Notes: generated from the sequence alone by a model not told the origin. A DNA stretch of 64,000 bases from Verrucomicrobiaceae bacterium (GCA_021151605.1 JAGKWZ010000002.1:13896-77895); one strand, 5' to 3'; shown: positions 10,734 to 21,500, numbered from the stretch's first letter. Made by a program: numbers and translations.

Positions 10734-13700
10734 ATGAAAAACATCCTTCACCTTTTCACCACCTTCAGGGCGCAGCGCTCGTGGTCCGCTGCCTTTGCGG
10801 CAGTCATGCTAGCGCTGAGTCAAGCCGTCTCGCAGGCCAGCATTGCGTATGGCAGCATCAACAACTTCGACACGGTGAACGACACCGGGCATGAATGCCA
10901 TGGCTTCGAAATAGAGATCGAAGACTGCCACAGCACCGACATCACCTACACCTACAATTACAATCACTACGGCGCTCCGCGCATTGAGCAGGATGACACG
11001 GACCCGGCGCATCCGAAGTGCCGCATTCGTTGGGAAAGTAAGAAGAATGCGAATGGCACTTGGGCAGCTTACACGGCGATTCCAAGCGGCGCTATCGCGC
11101 CAACGAATGGTCACATGTTCACCAATCCGAATGTAAATTTTGGCGGCGAGCATTTCGGCGTTGGCTACAACAAGGCTGTCGGGCCAGTGCATTACAACTG
11201 GCTCATCGACAATGGCGCTGGCGTGCTCATTCATGGTGGTGTGGTGCAGGTTTCCACGCCGGTCTTTACCTATTATCCGCCAGTCGTGGGGAATCCGGCA
11301 CCACCGCAGGTGCAGGCCGTGATTGCTCCACCTCCGCCTCCAGCACCTGAGCCAAAGGAGTTTGGCAAAGCGGTGTGGATGAAAGAGATCAAGACCACCA
11401 CCCACAATAACAAAGAGGTGAAGCTGCGTGACCTTGTGTCCGACGATCCAGTGAATCCAAACGACAAGAACTGGAAGAACGGTGAGCCGGATGAAGTCGA
11501 AGTGGAATGGCGCATCCTGCAAAAGCGCAACAGCCAGCCAGATGGTGGACCAAACAATGAAGTGCCTGCAGCGCCTGAAGATCTGCCGGATGGAGATGAA
11601 GTCGTCACACGCCGCTACGAGTTCTTCAAATACACGGGTCCTCTCGACGCGGAGAGCGGCGAAGCGATGGCCGATGCTGTCGATCCAGATGGTCTGCATG
11701 GCGAAGGCATGAGAACCTACAATCATCACATGGTAGGCGGTGAATGGGTGACGGTCACCGAAGACATGGCGGACTACGAGGTCATCGGTGAGTTCACCGG
11801 TTCGCAAATGGCGGCGGTGGATGTGGATGCGCCCGTCGGTCTGATCGACCATGTCGGTGAAGGCAAGGTGAACGCTGATTTTGCTGACCGCACGGTCGTG
11901 GTGGAAGGTGCCGTGCCGCTGCTGAACATCACCAAAGAAGGCGCACTGCCTGCGGGCATGACTTTCGATCTGGACACAGGCGTGCTTGCTGGCACACCAA
12001 CGGTCAGCGGTGAATTCAATTTCAAAATCACGGCCTCCGATGGAGCGAGTCCTGATGTCTCGAAGAACTACACACTCGTGGTGGCTCCAGCGAATGCACC
12101 AGCGCCACCTTCGAGTCTTTTGGACACCATCGCCTCGCCTCTCGGCAGCGGAACGACGACCGGTGATGGTGCGTATGCCGTCGATGCGAATGCGACGGTC
12201 ACGGCAGTAGCTGAGGCAGGCTTTGCTTTTGTGAACTGGACGGACAACGGGGTCGTCGTCAGCACGAACAGCAGTCACACGCTGGTGATGAATGTGAACC
12301 ATTCGCTCGTCGCGAACTTTGTGCCGACTTACACGGTGACAGCGGGTGCGCTGCCAGTCGAAGGCGGAACCACGACGGGTGGCGGCACTTTCAATGAAGG
12401 CACGAGTGTCACGGTGACGGCGACGCCGAATGCGGGCTACACTTTTACGAACTGGACCGAAGATGGATTCGTGGTGAGCAATGCCGCCAGCCTCACATTC
12501 AATGTGGCTTCGGATCGCACGCTGGTGGCCAACTTCACGCAAGGCACGAGCTACACGATCAGCACCAGCGCCACGCCATCCATCGGTGGCAGCACAAGCG
12601 GTGGCGGCGTCTTCGCCAGTGGCACGAGTGTCACGGTCATTGCTTCACCAAGCGTGGGTTATGCTTTCGCCAACTGGACACAGGGCGGCAACGTGGTCAG
12701 CAGCAGCCCGAGCTACACTTTTAATGCCACAGCGGATCGCATCCTGGTGGCAAACTTCACCGTCACGGGCGCTGGTAATCGCATCATCGCGACAAGTGCG
12801 CTGCCCATCGCGGGTGGCACGACAAGCGGTGGCGGTACGGTGGCTGATGGCACGAGCGTGACCGTCGTTGCCACGCCGAATGCAGGCTACAACTTCGTGA
12901 ACTGGACCGAAGCCAGCGTGCAGGTCAGCGCCTCGGCGAGCTACACCTTCAACGCGACGGCTAACCGCACGCTGGTGGCGAACTTCATTGCCATCGCGGG
13001 TGGCAATCGCACGATCACCACGGCTTCCAGTCCTGCGGCTGGTGGCACCACCTCAGGCGGTGGTGTGTTTGCCGATGGCACGAGCATCACCGTCTCTGCG
13101 GTGCCAAATGCAGGCTACATTTTCAAACGCTGGAGAGTTGGCGGCACCAACGTGAGCAGTTCTGCCAACTACACTTTCACAGTGACAGCAGACCGCGCGC
13201 TCACAGCGACGTTTGCCCCTGCGGCCACGATCAATACCGCGTCGGCACCTGCGAATGCGGGCACCACCAGTGGTGGCGGTCAGTTTGAAGACGGTAACAA
13301 TGTGACCGTCGAGGCCTTCGCGAATGATGGCTACACCTTCGCCAACTGGACGGAGAACGGCAACGTGGTGAGCGTGGATGAAGCCTTCACCTTCAAGGCA
13401 CGTCCTGACACAGCTCCTGTTCGCAATCTCGTGGCGAACTTCAGCGGCGGCGTCAACTACACCATCAACGCCAGCGCGGCACCCGCAGCAGGCGGCAGCG
13501 TGACCGGCGGAGGCACCGTGGCTGGCGACAGCAATGTCACCCTCACTGCCACAGCCAACGCGGGCTACACATTCGTCAATTGGACGGAGGCAGGCGTGCC
13601 GGTCAGCGCTTCGGCGAGCTACTCATTCACAGCGACCGCGAATCGCACTCTCGTAGCGAATTTCATCGCAGGTTACAGCATCACCACCTCCGCCTTCCCC

Positions 13701-15998
13701 TCCATCGGTGGCACAACCAGTGGCGGTGGCTCGATCAATGCTGGCGCTAGTGTCACCCTCGTCGCGACAGCCAGCCTGGGCTACACCTTCACGAACTGGA
13801 CCGACGCCGTCGGCACCGAAGTCAGCACTTCCGCGACCTACACCTTCACACCGACAGCGAGCTGCAGTTATGTGGCCAACTTCAGCGCGCCGCCTCTCGG
13901 CATCCACTTTGACTTCGACACCGCCACACCGGTCCTGGCACTCGATCAGACGCTGCCTTTGACTCAAACCAATGTCGGTTATGGAGCGACCTTTGATTCG
14001 CCTGTGGTCGATACCTTCAAGATCACCACGGAAGCAGTGAGCGGCCGAGTCTTGTCCAAGTTCAGTGGCAACTATCTCGAACCCACCGCCGACGCGGGCA
14101 CGCTGACGATCCAGTTGGATCAACCTGTGACCGGCATCAGCATCGACTTCGCCACGGTGGAGTCCATCGCTGTGCCTGTGGCCTCGAACATCCAGATCAC
14201 CGCCATCGACAACTCCAGCGGCGCACCTGTGCAGGTCGGCACTGGCATCGCACACGGCAGCGTGACGGCTGGCGACACGCTCCCTGTCGGCACGATCAAT
14301 TTCAACAGCGACTCGCCGTTCGACCAAATCACACTGCAACTGCCTGACGCACCTGTCGGCGCGGTGCGCTTCCTCGTCGATAACATCACCGTCAGTCCTG
14401 CGGCCAGCACTGGCGGCTCCATGCAGCTCGATAATCCGAACTGGAACATCACGCTGACCGACTTCGGTTACTCCGACTTCCTGCTCGACAACACGCCTGG
14501 CTTCGAAGGTCGTGAGTATCTCTCCGGTGAATGGGGCAGTGCCGTGGCTTATCAACGCACCGGCCACACGCAGACACCGACTTGGTTCGAGCCAAACTTT
14601 ATGTTCCCCGACTGGAAGACGAACTCCGACTTCACCGTGGTCGAGGGTATCCATCTCATCGGCAGCAATCTTGACGGACTGCCCATCGCTCAATCCGTGA
14701 TCTCCAATGGCGATCTCGAAATCACCCTGCGCTTCGAAATGGTCGATACCGTGACCGGCACACCGATGGGCGTGAAACCAGCCTCGGCAGCGGGCACTCC
14801 CATCTCGGTGAACAGCAACCGCTATGTGATGAATCAGACCTTCACCGTGAAGAACATCAGCGGCGTGCAGATCACCAACGTGCAGCTATTCCATCTGCTC
14901 CACGGCTTCATCTCCCAGCGCGGTCAGTTCGATAACCGCAGCTATGTCGGCAAGCTGCCCGAGTATCAGTATGACATGACCATGTCAGGCGTGGATGCCA
15001 GTGCCGCTGGCGATCAGAGCTCCTCGATTGGTTTGGAGGATCTCATCGGCTTCCATTCCAATGTGGCTCCGAGTGCCTTCGAGATTGGTCACTATGGCAT
15101 CGAGAACAATAGCGTCGACGATCACTCAGTCGGCAAACCAAGCGACGGCGTGCATCTCTCCATTGAGGACAACTGGACAAACGGTCCTTTTCTCGCCCGC
15201 AAAAATCGCGACAGCTTTGCTCCTGCTGATCGCTGGATCTCCGGCGCGCAACGTTGGGAGCTCGGCACCATCGCCCCAGGTCAGAGTGTGAGCCTCGATA
15301 TCATGCTCAGCCTGCTCACTGGCACCAAAGTCATCGTCGATGGCGGCGGCACAGGTGGCACTGGCGGTCATGGCAGTTGCAATGGCGGCTCCACTCACAC
15401 GGGCGGCGTTGATTTCGAGTTCGAAGACATCGACCAGGAAGGCACCTTCTACGGCGAACACTCCGAAGCGGATGATGACGAGATCGGCGAGCGCGAACTG
15501 GAAGGCGAGTTTGAGCTCCCAACCTTTGAAACACCCAGTGGCACCAAAAAACAGCGCTGGAACCTCAAGTACAGCGGCACTCACACGGGCAACATCAAAC
15601 TCAAGTTCGCCTACAACCCCGCGCTACTGCCCGCTGGCTATGATGAGAACCAGCTCTCCATCTACCACTTCAATAATGGCGTGTGGGAGAAGCTGCCTTG
15701 CAAAGTCAATCCAACGACCAACGTCATCGAAGCCATCACCCCCAGCCTCTCGCCCTTCATGCTCGGCGTGAATGACGTGGTCGTGAAGCCTGATGTCGGA
15801 CTCTCCGTGGACACACCTGGAGCACTCAGTGTGTCCTGGCCCGAGTCCTTCACTGGCTGGACACTCCAGGAAAGCCCTGATCTCAATCCTACAAGCTGGT
15901 TCAACTCTTCACGCGTCATCACGACTGTAAACGGCACGAGCGCCGTGACCGTGCCGATGAGCTCCGGCAGCCGCTTCTTCCGCCTCGTGAAGCCCTGA
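10734..15998 (+). CDS. Large secreted surface protein: acidic His-containing N-domain, putative Ig domain, 8 InlB-B-like repeats, C-terminal sorting tail
   Basis: Signal peptide, GALPAGMTFD..G.LAGTP, repeats GGTT.GGG...NW...LVANF, tail WTLQESPDL...FFRLVKP. Confidence 0.9.
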   Translation: MKNILHLFTTFRAQRSWSAAFAAVMLALSQAVSQASIAYGSINNFDTVNDTGHECHGFEIEIEDCHSTDITYTYNYNHYGAPRIEQDDTDPAHPKCRIRWESKKNANGTWAAYTAIPSGAIAPTNGHMFTNPNVNFGGEHFGVGYNKAVGPVHYNWLIDNGAGVLIHGGVVQVSTPVFTYYPPVVGNPAPPQVQAVIAPPPPPAPEPKEFGKAVWMKEIKTTTHNNKEVKLRDLVSDDPVNPNDKNWKNGEPDEVEVEWRILQKRNSQPDGGPNNEVPAAPEDLPDGDEVVTRRYEFFKYTGPLDAESGEAMADAVDPDGLHGEGMRTYNHHMVGGEWVTVTEDMADYEVIGEFTGSQMAAVDVDAPVGLIDHVGEGKVNADFADRTVVVEGAVPLLNITKEGALPAGMTFDLDTGVLAGTPTVSGEFNFKITASDGASPDVSKNYTLVVAPANAPAPPSSLLDTIASPLGSGTTTGDGAYAVDANATVTAVAEAGFAFVNWTDNGVVVSTNSSHTLVMNVNHSLVANFVPTYTVTAGALPVEGGTTTGGGTFNEGTSVTVTATPNAGYTFTNWTEDGFVVSNAASLTFNVASDRTLVANFTQGTSYTISTSATPSIGGSTSGGGVFASGTSVTVIASPSVGYAFANWTQGGNVVSSSPSYTFNATADRILVANFTVTGAGNRIIATSALPIAGGTTSGGGTVADGTSVTVVATPNAGYNFVNWTEASVQVSASASYTFNATANRTLVANFIAIAGGNRTITTASSPAAGGTTSGGGVFADGTSITVSAVPNAGYIFKRWRVGGTNVSSSANYTFTVTADRALTATFAPAATINTASAPANAGTTSGGGQFEDGNNVTVEAFANDGYTFANWTENGNVVSVDEAFTFKARPDTAPVRNLVANFSGGVNYTINASAAPAAGGSVTGGGTVAGDSNVTLTATANAGYTFVNWTEAGVPVSASASYSFTATANRTLVANFIAGYSITTSAFPSIGGTTSGGGSINAGASVTLVATASLGYTFTNWTDAVGTEVSTSATYTFTPTASCSYVANFSAPPLGIHFDFDTATPVLALDQTLPLTQTNVGYGATFDSPVVDTFKITTEAVSGRVLSKFSGNYLEPTADAGTLTIQLDQPVTGISIDFATVESIAVPVASNIQITAIDNSSGAPVQVGTGIAHGSVTAGDTLPVGTINFNSDSPFDQITLQLPDAPVGAVRFLVDNITVSPAASTGGSMQLDNPNWNITLTDFGYSDFLLDNTPGFEGREYLSGEWGSAVAYQRTGHTQTPTWFEPNFMFPDWKTNSDFTVVEGIHLIGSNLDGLPIAQSVISNGDLEITLRFEMVDTVTGTPMGVKPASAAGTPISVNSNRYVMNQTFTVKNISGVQITNVQLFHLLHGFISQRGQFDNRSYVGKLPEYQYDMTMSGVDASAAGDQSSSIGLEDLIGFHSNVAPSAFEIGHYGIENNSVDDHSVGKPSDGVHLSIEDNWTNGPFLARKNRDSFAPADRWISGAQRWELGTIAPGQSVSLDIMLSLLTGTKVIVDGGGTGGTGGHGSCNGGSTHTGGVDFEFEDIDQEGTFYGEHSEADDDEIGERELEGEFELPTFETPSGTKKQRWNLKYSGTHTGNIKLKFAYNPALLPAGYDENQLSIYHFNNGVWEKLPCKVNPTTNVIEAITPSLSPFMLGVNDVVVKPDVGLSVDTPGALSVSWPESFTGWTLQESPDLNPTSWFNSSRVITTVNGTSAVTVPMSSGSRFFRLVKP
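12115..13885 (+). repeat. Eight tandem ~70-75 aa divergent InlB B-repeat-like units
   Basis: Counted in the translation; each has GY.F.NWT (or a close variant) and ends in a VANF/TATF-type motif. Confidence 0.85.
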
Positions 15999-16033
15999 CG
16001 GCAGCCGGAGTTTCAAACTCTTCATCCACCACC

Positions 16034-16657
16034 ATGAAAGCCACTCTCGATGACACATCCTTCGGCCAGCTGGCAGATGCCTGCTCCGAATGGTTCGAGA
16101 GTGCGCTGCGTGGTGATGAAGCTGCGGCCACACGTCTTTATCAGCATTGCGTTCCCTTGCTGCGCGGATGGCTGGCCACTCGGTTGTCAGAGACACAGGC
16201 GGCGGATCTCGCGCATGATGCGATGGTTCATGCTTTTAGAAAGCACGCCCAGTTTCGTGCAGGAACTGTGTTCACGCCCTGGCTGAGAACTCTGGCATGG
16301 CACATGGCTCTCAATCAGATCCGAGATGATGCGCGTGAGCAAAGCCGCATCATCGCCTGGGTCGATCAGCAGCGGCTCCAGGAGGTCCAGACAGATAATG
16401 AAAGTGAAACGCGCTTTGCTGCCATGGATCGCTGTCTCTTCACTCTTCCAGAAGCACAGCGGCAGTTGCTCCATCTCCACTATGCAGAAAAACAAACCAG
16501 CCAGGCCATCGCCGAATCTCAGGGCCGCACCCGTAGCGCGGTCGCCGTCAGCATCCATCGCATCTGCCAGAGACTGCGACACGATCTCAGCTCCATGGAG
16601 GCAGATGATGACCATTTGGTAACAAACGAACATTCACTGGCAAAGTCCGCTCTATAA
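16034..16657 (+). CDS. ECF sigma-70 factor
   Basis: Region 2 DLAHDAMV..F.PWLRTLAWH; region 4 LPEAQRQLL...IAESQGRT. Confidence 0.88.
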   Translation: MKATLDDTSFGQLADACSEWFESALRGDEAAATRLYQHCVPLLRGWLATRLSETQAADLAHDAMVHAFRKHAQFRAGTVFTPWLRTLAWHMALNQIRDDAREQSRIIAWVDQQRLQEVQTDNESETRFAAMDRCLFTLPEAQRQLLHLHYAEKQTSQAIAESQGRTRSAVAVSIHRICQRLRHDLSSMEADDDHLVTNEHSLAKSAL

Positions 16658-16681
16658 CGCGTTAGAGACACCTCACAAAAC

Positions 16682-17173
16682 ATGCGGCATTCCCTGAAAC
16701 AGCGCTTCATCGCACTCACGCTCCTGATGGCTTACACCATCACTGGCACGTCGGTGATGCCTGCTGCCATGGCGCTGGCCGCTTGGATTGATGGCAGTCA
16801 CAGCTTGGTAGTGGCTCAGTCCGAAAGCGGCATGAGGCTCACGCTGCATCATCGCAGTAATGCCTATACCCCTGAGGTAGATGATCATCATAATGTGCTG
16901 GCCCGCGTTCTCGTTCGCCTTTGCAAAGCATCTGATGAAGGTGATCACCAGCTCGTCTCTTCCCAGTTTGACTCAAGAGCCAGCAGTGAGCGTGAAGACA
17001 TTGCTCGTGCCACCAAGGAAGCTCCGCAGGTCAATCACGCAGCGACCTTCCAGCTCACGCTCATCGCCATCAATCCCGCTCGCGACACAACTCGCGCCAG
17101 CGGTTTCAAGGAAGTGCAAATGCCACGGCACCGCATCCGACCGATGCTCGCTACCGTGCAGCTTCTGATCTGA
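16682..17173 (+). CDS. His-rich leader-like hypothetical protein, copy 2 (163 aa)
   Basis: Clear paralog of 10003-10491; ends TVQLLI; lies directly upstream of the czcC-like gene. Confidence 0.82.
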   Translation: MRHSLKQRFIALTLLMAYTITGTSVMPAAMALAAWIDGSHSLVVAQSESGMRLTLHHRSNAYTPEVDDHHNVLARVLVRLCKASDEGDHQLVSSQFDSRASSEREDIARATKEAPQVNHAATFQLTLIAINPARDTTRASGFKEVQMPRHRIRPMLATVQLLI

Positions 17174-17306
17174 GAGAGAGGCGGCATACAGCCGTCAGCC
17201 GACGCTCCAGCTATCGTGCAGGGTTCATTCTGCATTGGCCCGGGCACCCCAGGGATCACGTCATCTGCGTGATCCAAAGTTCGACTCATTCCCTCATAGC
17301 TCTCTC

Positions 17307-18584
17307 ATGAAATTTTGCTCATCTCTTCTCCTGTCAGCTGCTCTGCTTTCTAGCAGCGCCTCCCTCCTTTCAGCGCGTGATTCCACCGCTGTCACCAGTG
17401 GCGACCTCGTCGCCGAAGCTCTCCAAAAAAACCCCGAAGTGCGCTTCTATGAAGCCGAGATCGCCGCCGCGCGCGGTGGTCGCCAGTCTGCCGGTCAACT
17501 CGCCAATCCTGAACTCAACACCGAGCTCGGTGGCATGGGCATCAATGGCCAGAAAGACGGTCTTGTCTGGCGCGCGCAGATCCTCCAGACCTTCGATTTT
17601 CCTGGGCGCATGTCTTTGCGCAAAGCCATCGCTGATCGTGACATTACGCTGGCTGAGCTTGGACTCCAGCAGTTCAAATCTCAGCTCTCCAACGAAGTCC
17701 GTGCTCGTGCGGGTGACGTCATCTTGCTGAAGCGCAAGGAAGACGCCGCACGTAGTGTCCGCGAGCGTTTGGAAGCACTCATCGACGTGCTCGTGCAGCG
17801 CGACACTGGCTCTGTCAGCGCCTTGCTAGAACGCCGCATCCTAGAAGCCACGCTGCTCACCAGCGACCGCACTTTGACGGATGCCTCGAAGCAAGTCCGC
17901 GAGGCCATGGCGACGCTCGCTGTGCTTTGTGGTCGGGGGCCTGATCAGGCCATTCAGCTCAGCGGTGCCGTCACCGCCTTCCCCGATGCGCCGCAGATGG
18001 AAACTCTGAAGCAACAGGCAGCTCGCACGAACTTCGACCTTCAGCAAAAGCGTCTGAACGTTGCCAAGCAAGGTCTCAAGATCGACCTCACCAAATCCGA
18101 GCGCTGGGGTAACATCACCTTTGGTCCCTACATGGCCGGACAACATGCCGGCGGCACACAAATCGAAGGAGGATTCGCCTTCTCCATCCCTCTGCCGCTT
18201 TGGAATAAGAACAAAGGCAACGTCGCTGCTGAAGAAGCGCGCACGCAACAAGCCGAAGCTCTGCTCCTCGCCACACTGCGCGATCTTGAGCGTGATCTCT
18301 CTGTCGAGCGCTCCGCCTATCTCGCTGAACTCGACGCACTGTCCCGCTGGCGTCCCGAGAGCGAGAAACAGTTCGCCGATGCCGCTGCTGAAGCCGACCG
18401 CCACTACCGCCTCGGTGCCGTGCCTGCGGCGACCTATGTCGAAATGCAGCGCGGTTATCTCGACGCCATGGATTCGCTCATCGAGTCCCGCCGCAACGCT
18501 TGGAAGCACCGCATGGAGATCGAGCGCCTCACCGGCACTGCACTCACCGGTGAATCCATCACACCCAAGCTGACGAACAACTAG
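17307..18584 (+). CDS. czcC: TolC/CzcC-family outer-membrane efflux protein
   Basis: Signal peptide MKFCSS, ALQKNPE, FSIPLPLWNKNKGNV; upstream of an RND gene. Confidence 0.85.
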   Translation: MKFCSSLLLSAALLSSSASLLSARDSTAVTSGDLVAEALQKNPEVRFYEAEIAAARGGRQSAGQLANPELNTELGGMGINGQKDGLVWRAQILQTFDFPGRMSLRKAIADRDITLAELGLQQFKSQLSNEVRARAGDVILLKRKEDAARSVRERLEALIDVLVQRDTGSVSALLERRILEATLLTSDRTLTDASKQVREAMATLAVLCGRGPDQAIQLSGAVTAFPDAPQMETLKQQAARTNFDLQQKRLNVAKQGLKIDLTKSERWGNITFGPYMAGQHAGGTQIEGGFAFSIPLPLWNKNKGNVAAEEARTQQAEALLLATLRDLERDLSVERSAYLAELDALSRWRPESEKQFADAAAEADRHYRLGAVPAATYVEMQRGYLDAMDSLIESRRNAWKHRMEIERLTGTALTGESITPKLTNN

Positions 18585-18587
18585 GCC

Positions 18588-21500
18588 ATGATCTCATCCA
18601 TCATCGACTTTTCGCTGAAGAACCGCTTCCTCGTCATCATGGGGTCGCTGCTCTTGCTCGCGGCTGGGATATTCTCCGCCATGCACCTGCCTGTGGACGC
18701 GGTGCCTGACATCACGAACACCCAGGTTCAAATCAACACCGCTGTGCCAGGGCTCGCGCCGGAGGAGACGGAGAAGCTCGTCACCTACCCGCTGGAACTC
18801 GCGCTCGCGGGCATTCAAGGCGTGGAAGAATTCCGCTCACTCACGAAGTCCGGCCTCTCGCAGGTCACGCTCGTGTTTCGTGATGGCTTTGATCTCTTCC
18901 GCGCACGCCAACTTGTGAGCGAACGTCTCGTGCAGGTGGAACTGCCCGTAGGCCTCAGCCCGCAGATGTCACCCATCAGCACCGGCCTTGGCGAGATCGT
19001 TTATTACACGCTCGACTACAGAAAGGACGCCCCCCAGCGCAAACAAACGCGCGAGCGCCAGCTCATGGATTTGCGTGAAGCACATGACTACATCGTGAAG
19101 CCGTTTTTGCGCACCGTTCCCGGCGTGGCTGAGGTGAATAGCAGCGGCGGTTATGAGCGCCAGCTCGTCATTTTGCCAAAACCAGAGTCGCTCACGAATG
19201 CGGGCATGACCTTCAGCGAACTCGCCGTGATCATTGGCCAAAACGTGGACAATGCAGGCGGTGGTGTCATCGAGCGAGGTAATGATCGCGTGCTGATTCG
19301 AGGCGTGAGCAAAGTGGCCAGTGCGGAGGACATTGCCAACCTGCCCGTGAAGTTTGCTGCAGGCATTGAGCCGTTGCGCGTGAAGGATCTCGCCGAGGTC
19401 AGTATCGGCAGCAATGTCCGCACCGGATGCGCGGTCGAGAATGGCGAAGAAGCCGTGCTCGGCACTGTGATGATGCTCGTCGGCGAAAACAGCCGCATCA
19501 TCAGCAAACGCGTCGAAGAGAAACTCAGCGAGCTAGGCAAGAAGCTGCCCGCTGATCTAGAAATTCGCATCCAGTATGCCCGCAGCGAGGTCGTGGACCG
19601 CACGATCAACACCGTGAAGCACAACCTCTTCGAAGGGGCTGTGCTGGTCGTGGTGGTTCTGCTCTTGCTGTTGGGCAACTGGCGTGCGGCTCTCATCGTC
19701 GCACTCGCCATTCCGCTCTCGTTCCTCTTTGCCCTCATCGGCATGACCTTCGGTGGTGTGTCAGGAAACCTCATGTCACTCGGCGCGGTGGACTTCGGTC
19801 TCATCATCGACGGTGCCGTCGTGATGGTGGAAAACATCGTCCGTGTGCTCGGCGAGCGTCAGCATGAACTCGGCCGCAAACTCACCGCCAAAGAGCGACT
19901 CCAGGCCGTGCATGAAGCCGGCGAGCAAGTCGGCAGCCCCATGTTCTTCGGCGTGCTCATCATCACGCTCGTCTATTTGCCCATCCTCGCGCTGACAGGC
20001 ATCGAAGGGAAAATGTTCCACCCCATGGCGATCACCGTCATGCTCGCGCTCGGTGGTGCGCTGGTGCTCGCGCTCACGCTCATGCCAGCGCTATGCTCGC
20101 TGCTACTGACGGGGAACATCAGTGAGAAGGATAACTTCCTCATGCGCTGGTCGAAGGCGGCCTATGCCCCATCACTACGCATCGCATGGACGTCACGCTG
20201 GGGCGTGGTCGGCGGAGTCGTGGCGCTGCTGGTGGTCACCGTGATTGTGTTCACGAATCTCAAGCAGGAATTCGTGCCCACCCTGAACGAAGGTTCCTGG
20301 ACCGCGATGGTGTATCAGCCAGCGAACACGAGCCTCAAGACCTCGCTGGATCGCTGCATCAAGACGCAGAAGTATCTGATCGAGAAAGTGCCGGAAGTGA
20401 CACGAACCTTCGCCCGCGTTGGCACCAGCGAAGTGGCAACTGATCCCATGTCACCCGGCGAATACGACCTCTACGTTTTCTATAAGCCCCAGTCCGAGTG
20501 GCGCAAAGAAAACGGCAAGCCCGTCAGCCGCGACCGTCTCGCAGAACTCGTCCGCGATGAACTCGCCAAAGAAGTGCCTGAGCAGGACTACGACTTCGCG
20601 CAGCCGATCCAGATGCGCTTTAACGAGATGCTCGAAGGCTCGCGTGCCGACCTCGCCGTGCGCATCTTTGGCGACGACTACGACACGATGGAAAAGGTGG
20701 CCGGTCAGGTGAAGGAGATTCTCGAAGGCATCGCCGGAACCGACAATGCCGAGTTTGAAAGCCAGGGCCGCGTGCCAGTGCTCGAGATCCGCGTGGACCG
20801 CGCCTCCATGCTCAAGTACAACGTGGAAGCCTCTGAAGTAAACGCCGCCATCACCACCGCGATGGCTGGACACACCGCAGGCATGTTGGTCGAGAACAAC
20901 CGCCGCCGCGCCATCGTCGTGCGTTTGCCTGAGAACCTGCGCAACAACTCCGAAATCATGAAAGCACTGCCCGTGCGCACGCAGGATGGCGGGCTCATCG
21001 CTCTAGGTCGCCTCGCTGACTTCGTCGAAGTGCCGCAAGTCGATGCAATTGGTCGTGAGGACGGACATCGTCGAGTCGGTTTGAATGTCGATCTCGCGGG
21101 TGGCACCGACTCTGAAGCCTACGTCAATGCGGCTCGCGCCAAGATCGCCACCAGCGTGAAGTTGCCGGAAGGCTACCGCGTTGATTTCGGTGGGCAGTTC
21201 GAGCATCTCCAGGAAGCCCGCGCCCGACTCATGGTCGTGGTGCCGCTCGCATTGGTGCTCATCTTTGTGCTCATCCACGCCACCTTCAAAAGCGTGATGC
21301 AGACGCTCATTATTTACACCGGCATCCCACTCGCCATCACCGGCGGCGTGCTCGCCCTATGGATGCGCGGCCTACCTTTCAGTATCAGCGCCGCCATCGG
21401 CTTCATCGCCCTCTGTGGTGTGGCCGTGCTAAACGGTGTGGTGCTCATCAGTTGCTTCAATCAACTACGGAATGAAGGCCGCAATGCCGAGCAAGCCGTC

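Noticed and set aside
12115-13885. Periodic DNA similarity as a possible CRISPR array
   Set aside because: These are degenerate protein-coding repeats; there are no identical repeats with spacers and no cas genes in the window.
10809-14693. Long minus-strand ORFs (577 aa, 356 aa) and similar shadow ORFs across the GC-rich part
   Set aside because: They are antisense to well-supported genes and expected from high-GC codon bias; no motifs seen.
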